Positions 26,101 to 35,600 of a stretch of DNA of 64,000 bases are shown here, piece after piece. Below the pieces are notes generated by a model. The model saw nothing but the letters and a program-made list of their open reading frames with translations. It was not told the origin of the DNA and searched no databases. This stretch comes from Lytechinus pictus (taxonomy: Eukaryota), in contig NC_087249.1 of the NCBI RefSeq assembly GCF_037042905.1, positions 49,538,001 through 49,602,000 on the forward strand. The letters are read 5' to 3'. Each line of letters starts with the position of its first letter. The first letter of the stretch is position 1. The translations under genes were made by a program, and so were the position numbers.

Positions 26101-28740
26101 ATAACCTGATAACGGAAATGCAGAAAAAATATTTTCATGAAATTAGTCCGTCGTTTTTCCCCTATAAATTGAGGTGCCATATCAGACAGAGAAAAAGAAA
26201 CTAAAATTCTTATTAAGAAATTTGATTTTATTTTTGAAAAATTATATTCATATTTACGTTGGGAGAAAAAGGCGACATGTTAATTAAAATAAAATAATTA
26301 CAGAAAGAATGGTTTTACAAATTTATTTGATTTATTAATGATTATGCTCTAATAAAAATAATAATTTTGTCTTTCAACAATACGTCGATTTTTTTCGGGG
26401 ACGCAATATTACACGGCTAGAACTTGATTGATGTCACTATAATCCAAAAACAATTACTACCTTGCAAATTGTTATAATGCTGCCATTTTATTTGTAAGCA
26501 TACACACAAAAAACAGAAACTTGCATGTGTTAGTAATCGTACTCAAATGTCAAAATAATTTTGACACTATAGCGACATACTTTGATGAGTACTTTCACTC
26601 AATGAAGGTACTTTGAAAACTCATCTTGTCGAGTATATTTCATTTGACACTATAGTGACACATCAAGTGAGTAAATTTGAATAACTCAATCTAATGAGTA
26701 ACTTAACCCAGTGTAATGAGTATGTTTAAAGTATATTTACTGACTTTTTGAGTATGTGAGCATATTACACACTTGATTAGTTTTAGCGATAATCTGACGA
26801 TTAACTGCGCTGGGAAAATGAGTAGTATATGACTCTTGTATGTGAGTTTTGGGGTGTTGAGATCATGCATCCAAGTAATTTTACTCGGATCTCGCGTTAA
26901 TTGCTTGCGCGCACACGTGATACCGGCCAAATGTGCAGAGCATGAAGACTTTTCTGGTACATGTCTTTTTGTGGAGGAGGGCAAATAAGTGACATCGTCC
27001 ATGATTACATAAATCATGGACGATGTCACTTATTTGCCCTCCTCATAAATGACTCCAGCAATCGTAGCGGCACACTGGCCTTCACTCCCTTCTGGCCCCG
27101 GGGTAGCGGCGCAACAACAGGCTGGTGTGTGGTTACCCAAACCGAGAGGCGTGAGCCTCGGATGGATGAGAATGTAGATCAATGCACCCTGTTGTCACCA
27201 TAAATAGCATTTATGTTTGCCCCATACATGTAGGTCTAAGCTATTATTGTCAAGAAAAGTAATTATAGAAGAAAAGGGGGAAAATAAATAAAAAGACATG
27301 TAGAACTTACCAGAAAAGTCTTCATGCTCTGCACATTTGGCCGGTATCACGTGTGCGCGCAAGCAATTAACGCGAGATCCGAGTAAAATTACTTGGATGC
27401 ATGATCTCAACACCCCAAAACTCACATACAAGAGTCATATACTACTCATTTTCTCAGCGCAGTTAATCGTCAGATTATCGCTTTACCTGGCTGTGAGTTT
27501 TTTCACCCATTCTGCTATCATACCTTACAAACTTGAAGAAAAACTCATTTGTACGGATTGTTTTACATACTTTCACTGACAGGGATACTCAAGAAAAGTA
27601 GTTAATAAGTAATGTCCTTGAAAAAAAGATCAGGTGTAACAGAAACCCAGATTCTCGAGTAAAAACACATACGTTACGAATTTTTGCACTTAATTCTTTA
27701 TGTAAAAAACAATTTTACTCATGGAAAATAGTTCTCGTTTTTTGTGTGTACTGTATTCGAAATTCAATCTATATATACATTAAAAGCCAGTATAAAGTGA
27801 ATTACACTCATCTAACTTTGCAATCTTCCAATGTGTTTCATATTTTTCCTGCTGTTGATTCTCTGTGAAAATGTTATTTATCAATTTTTGTTGGTTCGTA
27901 TCTCGCAATCTGTGTCTGTACTGATTTAATTATCATAGAGCTGTATACAAAGGCCATACACTGTTAAAAAACCCGTGATCTTACAGAAAAAAAGATTTTG
28001 CAGAAAGCAATAACAGAATCATTCTGTAAGTTCATAAGACAGGAATTTTTCTGCAATTTAACAGAACAGGTCTGTTTAAAAAGGGAAAAAGGGTGTTTTA
28101 TTCAAGGAAATTTGTAAGATTCCATACATCAAATACCAATTTCCTGTAAGATTACGCAATCTGGTAAAATTACAGGTGTTCTCGAGATTCTACTGCAGGA
28201 ACTTCTTTTATTTTAAGGAGAAATTTTGTATCTTTAAACTTTCAGCCCAGTTCACACTTTTGAGGGATTTCTATCAAAGAGAAAAACAAATACGCAGTTA
28301 TAATTATTTCGTTCGATCGGGCACCGATGAAAATGAACGTTCGTGCAATATTGTGAAAACAAAACGTTTTTTATTTCATTCACCATTTTTTTAGTTCAAG
28401 ACATGTACATTCATAATAATGCAGTCATGAAATATAAAAGTGACAACCCCCCTTTCAACCCCCTTTGTGGGGGATTACCGAAAACCCAAAAGTAATGCTT
28501 TTAGATGACAGCATACCTTCTGAATGTCACTTCCACAGGGTTGAAGACGTATTTCATTCCCCCGATTCCGATCCCATCCGGGACCGACCTGTAGAAGACG
28601 GCCCACCAAGACACCCTGTCCTGGTACCTTCTGCTTGTCGTTGTGATGGGCACAGTCCTGTCTTCCGGTTGGACCCATCCACTTCCGGTTTTAGGGCCAT
28701 GTTGTTTTTCTGGGTAGGTCTTATTATTCCCCTGTTCCAT
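14138..28740 (-). CDS. DEG/ENaC (ASIC-like) channel subunit, paralogue B, 481 aa. Exons 28517-28740, 25313-25480, 24163-24327, 23621-23748, 22007-22194, 20141-20285, 17802-17864, 16492-16639, 15264-15355, 14138-14262
   Basis: Ten GT-AG exons sum to 1446 nt in one open frame. Motifs: TM1 RRLFWLLLILSGVGLLTYHI, FPTVAICNYN, TDWGLCFIFN, GLELLLNVQQYE...GFQVHIY...GFGIAPGT, thumb cysteines (CDCPVPC), TM2 CDVGGSLGLWLGGSILTFFEFFD. Confidence 0.93.
15375..15665 (-). mobile_element. tRNA-derived SINE
   Basis: Minus strand: ggggcgccgtgatctagtgg...gggttcaaatcc...acccaggtgaggtgaattggtaccc...gcgctatataaa tail. Confidence 0.85.
16243..16379. mobile_element. Small MITE; related copy at ~56471-56604
   Basis: ggggagcctttcatc...atgaaacgcttccc termini and shared internal ttgtcagatc(c/t)gaca sequence. 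Confidence 0.65.
16933..17587 (-). mobile_element. Helentron-like (HINE/DINE-1-type) non-autonomous element with internal tandem repeats, one end truncated
   Basis: Same family as 37346-38223: gtctcgcctgcat subterminal repeat, repeated ccaagtttcatgaactag/tgacctttgacct units, cgacgccgcc...ggaaaagcgg end. Confidence 0.7.
18033..19820. mobile_element. Non-autonomous hAT-type DNA transposon
   Basis: TIR CAGTGGCGTA...TACGCCACTG; 8-bp TSD ATAGTAAT at 18025-18032 and 19821-19828; internal periodic gcgagcgcgaagcgcgagctga motifs. Confidence 0.88.
18699..19302. mobile_element. Kolobok-type MITE nested in the hAT element
   Basis: TTAA on both sides, termini AGGGGAATCC...GGATTCCCCT; a second copy in opposite orientation at ~43790-44564. 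Confidence 0.82.
20716..21020 (+). mobile_element. tRNA-derived SINE, degenerate
   Basis: tggtgtagtg...gggttcgtatccc, aaatgagtacccgg core, aagcgctatataaat tail. Confidence 0.75.
21038..21309. mobile_element. PIF/Harbinger-like MITE (~270 bp)
   Basis: TIR ggcccgtctcacaaagagtt...aactctttgtaagacggggcc; other copies at 22879-23150 and 52096-52366. Confidence 0.85.
21672..21803. mobile_element. Small MITE (132 bp) with 21-bp perfect TIRs
   Basis: GAGCCTTTAAAGTGCCATCGA ... TCGATGGCACTTTAAAGGCTC. Confidence 0.75.
22879..23150. mobile_element. PIF/Harbinger-like MITE, inverted relative to 21038-21309
   Basis: Same TIRs; internal sequence is the reverse complement of the 21.0 kb copy; CAG/CTG flanks. 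Confidence 0.85.
26785..27482. repeat. Long inverted repeat with 175-bp arms (26785-26959 and 27308-27482)
   Basis: Arms are reverse complements with one mismatch (tgggaaaa vs tgagaaaa); the ORF track shows the same peptide on both strands. Confidence 0.95.
26974..27044. repeat. Perfect 33-bp-stem hairpin with a 5-nt loop
   Basis: gaggagggcaaataagtgacatcgtccatgatt-acata-aatcatggacgatgtcacttatttgccctcctc. Confidence 0.95.
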
Positions 28741-31700
28741 GTAGCTTCGCGGTGAGCTTTTGTCTTGTCTCTATCTTATTACCGCTCGCGAGACAACCGA
28801 AAACAAATAGGTACAGATTTCCTTTTCAGTTGAGCCGAGAGAAACAATTCTTACAGTACTACATGTATATCTTCCCAAAGTGCTGATCAGGGATGGGACC
28901 CAGTGTCCGATTTTCTAGTCTATTATTTCTCTCTATATAGATATCCAAACTAAAAGATTCTATTTCGTTTTCTTTTTCACGCAGTCGAACCGAAAGAATC
29001 CATTCTTTGAGTCGTCGTCCTTGCCGAAACCTTTGAAGAATACTAGTCATTGTCTGAAAGTACCACTGTTTCGTGATCACGTTGGGTAGATTTTAGAACC
29101 TTTTGTGCAAATATACTTAGCAGAAATGCAAATTATCTGACCCATTCTTTCCACTTTCACTCGAAATGGGCCTAGTACGTAAGCAAACATCTAATCTACT
29201 GTCTCTCTCTCCTTTTCTCATGTCCTCACCTGTCCCAGCCACCCATCAATAGCCCCTTGATTGACCATCCCCCCCTCTCTCCGATCACTGCTCTCTTTTC
29301 GCTCATTATACGGTAGACAACGAAATTGTACCAGGCCAATCATTACTAGATGGTAAAAACAATAAAAGAGAAATAATTTTTGTTTACGAATATATCCGAA
29401 GTCACCTTCATGCTTCATGCTTTTATTGACTCACGAGCCTCTTTTGTCATGCAAACAGTGGTTTTACAATAATGACTTAAGTGATGTTACATAATTGTTA
29501 CCATCTGCAAGTAACAGCATCCACGAAAAATTAACGAAGCTAAGTGCTTGCCTTCGCGTGCGTTGTTTCCGGTGCTGGCGGAATGGCGCCGTGGCGGTGC
29601 CTTTTAAGGAGGGAATTAAGGAATGGGTAAGTTCCAATTGAAAAGGTAATATGAAATATCAAAATATGACTCGATTAATGAACGAACAGAATAAAAATTA
29701 TAATGGTTCGAAGGCAAAAAGGAAAAAAAAGGAACAGGGACAATGATTCCTGAGCAAGGGGCAACCTTTTCCCCTGTCTTACCCATTGGAGCTACCCTGA
29801 TCCTCTCAGTGCACAATAATATTTCGCAGTGATAATAATTTTGTATTGGCCATTTATTTACAATACCTTGTACCAATAATACTTAAGTGACTAATTTAGT
29901 TCGTGTGGGATCTCATTGTGACGATTGTACTTCCGTTTTTAAACAAACTGATTCAATTAAATATTCATCTCTCTCGCGCGCGCTCTCACTCTCCCACGCG
30001 CACACATCACAGATACACCCACACACTCTCTCTCTCTCCCTTTCTCTTTAGGCTAGCTTAATAGTGATGTTTATTTCACAGCGAAGACCTCTTTGAGTGA
30101 ATAACTTTGCACTTGTTCTGTAATTATGCTTACATCAATATGATTTCGACCTTTTTGTTCCTTCTCTTTTTTCTTTCCTGTATATACACGCATATATGAA
30201 TAAGTTGATTATATTTTCTTCATTTCCAAGGGGGATCCACACTTTACAAGCTTTGCTTTTTAGTGGACCCCCTCATTTCCATTTATACTCAATACTAAAC
30301 TGATTTTTGTTTTACGAAGTAAGAATGCTCGTCTGTAAAATTGTATTTGATTTGTTTTACTTTATATTACTCTGCATTATGTTTTGAATGGAAATGGAAT
30401 AAAGAATTTAATTGAATATTTTTTTATTTTTTTATTTCTCAGTTGCTCTTTTAGCGAGGGATAATCCTTATCCAGATTTTCACTTGTTTCCTTTCATTCT
30501 TATATTCCATATAATAAGCTAAACCTATAAAGTTACACGACTCCAACGAAAGGTAGGCATAATGTTATACATTAGTAAAATCATTTGCAATTGATTTAAA
30601 TAAAAATTAATATTAGCAAATCACATCGAATAGAAATATTTACGACACATTTTGTATTTGCGACAGAAGTTGAAATTAAATTTCAACAATGAATCGAAGA
30701 AATATGTATCTTCTATATGCTTTCAATTGTATTCATTACTATTAAATCATTATTAATATTATCTTCATCAACATCGTAACCATCTCCATCAATCACCATC
30801 ATAATTTTCTTATCAAACTGAGAGTTTAAAATTTGTTTTTATTTCTAGGCTGGTATCTCTTCGCGGCGCCTCTGCATGCATACGACTTGTGACATTACAA
30901 TTTCATTGTACAATGCTAATCGCATATGATGTTTTCAATTTTACATTGATGTTAAACAGTATGAAAAAATACGTGTTAATAGAGTTATCTCACCAGTACA
31001 TGCAGAAACTCCCACAAAGAGAGAGAGACAGAGAGAGAGCGTGAGCGGGGGAGAGAGGGACAAGTGTAGTTTGATTTTTTTTGTGATTTGTTTTTCTAAA
31101 AAAAAAAAGTTGCTGAAAGATTGGCGGCAAGAGAACATGATATCACCTAAATGGCCATTTGTCTCTTTCAAGAGTTTTTAATATATCAAGTACATTTCAT
31201 GGAATGGAATTTATGTGTATTTTTTATTTTGGATTTGTTTAGAGTAACAAATGGTAATATCCAGTAGAATCATCAATTGAAGAGCAATGGCTATTTGAGT
31301 TGCATCTTGATATAAAATAAAAATGATATAATACTTCAGAGATTCAATGTTACATGATTTATTCATTATTTGACAAAAACAAGTGATCAATGCTGTCAAT
31401 GAATAAAGCCCAATCACAAAATAATTGTAGTAATCGGTTTGAGATAGTAAAAGAAAAGCATATACATTCTATACGCAAATCCTGTCAATCGTGTTCCCAA
31501 GGTGGGAATACAAGATTTTTGTATTCATTACTAATTCATCGTAATAAAACTTTTGTAGACAAATATATTAAAGATAGCCTTAATGATGTTTGACCTTGCC
31601 GGAAATGCCGCTTAAAAGTGGCATTAGGTTTCCATTTGCCATTGAATGAGTAAATGAAAGCAACAACTGATGAAACAGATAAACATAAAAACAAAAGAAC

Positions 31701-32199
31701 TAATTGATAAACAAATACACGGACAATTGAGATCCCTTACAAAAAGCCTTTAAGGCCTCAAGGCAGTATGATTTGTGCATAATTATTCACGAATCACGAT
31801 AATGATATTTACAGAAATCAGTACGACGCTTATAGCATAGTAGGTTAGATTGTCTGCGAGAACGTCAAAACACAAAAGAAAAAGAAGATTCCATACTCAA
31901 AAGCATCTAAAGTCAAGTAATGTATATATATTTATATCAAATGGTCGACTATCAAACACTTTGGTACCATATAAATAAAATTATACATCACAGATTTATT
32001 GCCGAGATGTTTTACTCAGCCACACGAAATACAATTTTACTACAAAAATATAAATGTCCTCTGGATTTCATTTATAGGAAGAAGAATGAACAGACTCCGC
32101 CCCGATCTGCAAAAGTGAAGTAGGTCTACAACTTCTCCATGATACTTAATGACAGCACACATTCATCCTCAGTAGATAGTCTAATGCCCGAGATAATAT

Positions 32200-32675
32200 T
32201 TTACACACAGTAGTAGAAACATATTAATACCAGTCAAGAAGTTTCGAGCATCGTACCCAAGTATATACTTTTTTAATTAAGTTACCGAGGTTTTGAACAG
32301 AAAAATCATGTCCAAGTTGTCTTAGATGGATTGCAAATGTATACCATCCAAGTTTAACCATCATCCAGCACATTTTTTTTTTCTATTTATTGATGTACCG
32401 TATTTAATAAAGCTGTACCATCACTATGGAGAAATCAAGAGATCTTTAAAATTGAAAGGCAAAATTACATTACACACTTCATTTAAAAAGACGAAAATAC
32501 CAACGGACCTAATATAGATCCCTGTGGGACGCCCGAGTTCATATTTCAACATTTACTGGAGCAATTGAATGTAAAATAATATATCCTTACTGTTGAACAC
32601 GATTCCAACCTTAGCTTGTCTTTCCTATCAATATCATAAATCATAAGCTTTGCAAGAATGACACTGCATGGATAA
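32200..32675 (-). mobile_element. Degenerate LINE (CR1/L2 group) reverse-transcriptase relic
   Basis: Minus strand reads VILAKLMIY...NSGVPQGSILGPLVF (~32490-32665) and a YLG-like segment near 32255, with stops and frameshifts. Confidence 0.7.
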
Positions 32676-32680
32676 ACTGT

Positions 32681-35600
32681 TCAAGGGGTTCTCCTTGTGT
32701 AAATGTATGTCGAGTGACCGAAGAGATCGAGGATTTCAAAGAAGGTGAGGATACTCCCACCAAGCCAAAGACCAAGGGATCCTCCGATGTCACCTGTTGG
32801 GTGCATAGAAATTAGAATAAAGAAAAGTTACATCAACACATTCGGGGAAAAAAAACGAATTTGCATTTGAAGCATCCTTTATCTCACTTTTATTCTTCAT
32901 ATTGAATGATTTTTTTCTATGTTATAGTTTAGGAATGTGAGATTGGTAACTAAAACATTTGTCTCTCGGAGTGAGAAATGTACCAATGCGCGTCAAAAGA
33001 AGCGATTTCAAAGTTTTCGTTGCTCTGTATGGGTAATTTCTTGACCAAACCATAAGATGTGGTGGCTTCAATCTCAGGGTGCCGTATTCTGAACTTAGAT
33101 CACGCTTTTATGGAGTGCCAATTGTCAACCCATTACCAGGTAAAAATTATTCCAATCCTGCAATAAAAAATTGTCAAAAATTATTATGCCGTGAAATTAG
33201 GATTGGAAAATATGAAAGGTAAATGAATTTTATTTAATTTATCATCTTTGCCATGAAGTATCCATCCTCACTCCAGACAACGTCTGGATCATGTGGTAAA
33301 GAAGTTGGTTGACTTGAAGTCACCCTCGGAACAGCACTTACATGTATTTAGTTCCTCCCCAACGACAAACTATTAGAGGAAATAAAATTATCTATGAGTC
33401 TTAGCAACACTGCATCTACAGATCTATATCGATTTGAGTATATCCAAGCATTTCTACCCTTAATCTATATTATTGAAGATAATGATTTGAACTTACAGAG
33501 CAAGCTGAAGAAGGTATAGTCCTTTTGTTGGACCCGTTTTACCACATTCATCTCTCGAAAGTAAAAGGTGAGACGGCAAATATTTTGTCTGAAAAAATAT
33601 TAACATTGAGGATTAAGAGTATAATATTAGTATATCGGTTGGAAATTTGCTGGTAGTATGGAAGCTTTCAAAGCTAATTGCCTTGGTCTGCAATGATCAT
33701 ACAGCAATATGTATCTACGGGACTGTGGAGGATGGGGTCGACAGGACTTTTCGATTTGGCTAATAAGGATATTACAAGGGATCAAGACTATCCGATATGT
33801 CGATGGCTGTGTCTGCAAGGGATAACTAACGACCCCCCCCCCCCCCCCCGAAGAAAATACTACCAATAATAATAAATGAATGAATAGGTAAAACCTAAAC
33901 AAATAATTTAACAGAAAAAAAAAAAAAAAAAAATTATAACAGTAATAATAATAAAACATCTAAAATTTCCTTCTCTGGGCTATATGGCATCACCATCGGT
34001 TAAACGTTGGATCTGGACGATCCATGGAATCAAGGGCCATAGTGAACACTGGAACGCTTTAACCCTGTTCTACATGCAGATGTCAAGACCGCTCAAAGAC
34101 GGAAAGAAATCTCGAAGCTGGCCAATAGTAATCAAAAGATATTTCAATGATCTCCAGCGTCCTTTACCGTGTTTACGGTTTACTAGTGATCTTTCATTGG
34201 TATTCATGGTATCCCCTTCTATTTTCAATAGTATACTTAAAAAAAGTTTGAGTGGGAATTCATTAAGACGCTCTTTCAATTTTCATTCACCAGTCTTTCA
34301 TCGACCCCCCCCCCCTCCTTATGAACATGCATTATGAATACTCGCGGGTCTTACTACTGTAGTATTCCCCCCCCCCAAAAAAAAAAATAACCAGCTGCAG
34401 AAAAGACCACTACAGAGCGGATAGAATGTCGATTATCTTTCACTAGGCCTATTCCTTCAAGGTGGTTAAGAGCATTTCCTCTATTCTAAGAGAATGCTAA
34501 AAGATCTTGAAAATTCTTATTTTCAGAGGTCTTTTTTAGGTCTCCGTTCTTTGGAATACGGGTAGGCCTACATTACCTGAAGTATTCTGCTGTTTCGTTG
34601 TAAAGAGAAGCCAGTGGTTCCGAGAAGAAATTTGCTGGATAGGCTGCTTGCGATAATGTTGTCACATAATTCCGTGTCGAGCATGGCGGGGTACAATTAC
34701 AACTTACGTTATTAACAAAGTCCCCTGGAAATAACCAATAAACATTCAATAAAATGTTGTGATATATACCCTTAACTGATCCATCTTTATCGATCACAAT
34801 GAAGTTTCATTACAATATACGTGTGCCATTGACAGGGCGTAATTCATCAACAACACATACATGCAACATAATAATGATAATAGCATATAAAGATACATGC
34901 ATAATATAGAAAAGGAATAAAACTTTTATTAAAGACTTCAAAAGAATAGGACTACATTAGAATTTAACGTTGTCGTAATCTAGAATATGAATCGTCCTCA
35001 AGAGAACTAAACAGTATAGATTGAAGTAAGTTGCACATTGTAGAAACTGTAGGAGATATTAACGAGAATTATAGATTTAGGACATTTTGTCTTTTGTAGT
35101 GATCGTGAATTAGACAAGAAAAATAAGGCCAAAATTTATTATGAGATTACCAAACTGGTGACAATAGGGTGCGCCTTATATCGGTTGCAGTGAATAGGCC
35201 GAATTCGCAATGCATCATGGGAAATCTGATTGCTGATTTCCTTAATTTTACCATGGACTCTTTCGTCTACACTGTTGATGATGATTTTGAAACTATATTG
35301 CCTTCGTCAGAGTACTTTACTATTGACAAATTTAAAAATGGCTTTGTTAATGACAATTCATTTTCGTTGTTTCATATGAATATTCGTAGTATTAATAAAA
35401 ACTTTGATCACTTGAACATTTTATTGCAAGAATTGGTTACCAAATTTTCAGTTGTAGGCCTCTCTGAAACATGGCTCTCAGATAATAGTAACCTTTATTC
35501 TCTTCCTGGCTATCACAATCCAGTCGTCAACTGCAGGCACAACAAAACTGGCGGTGGAGTAGCATTGTTTATCTCCTCAACCTTAGAATACCGTGTTACA

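Larger units (their letters stand above)
26503..27748. mobile_element. Non-autonomous DNA transposon with CAC termini and TA flanks (CACTA/EnSpm-like), containing nested inverted repeats
   Basis: TA|CACACAAAAAAC...GTTTTTTGTGTG|TA, with subterminal gagta/tactc-rich motifs. Confidence 0.65.
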
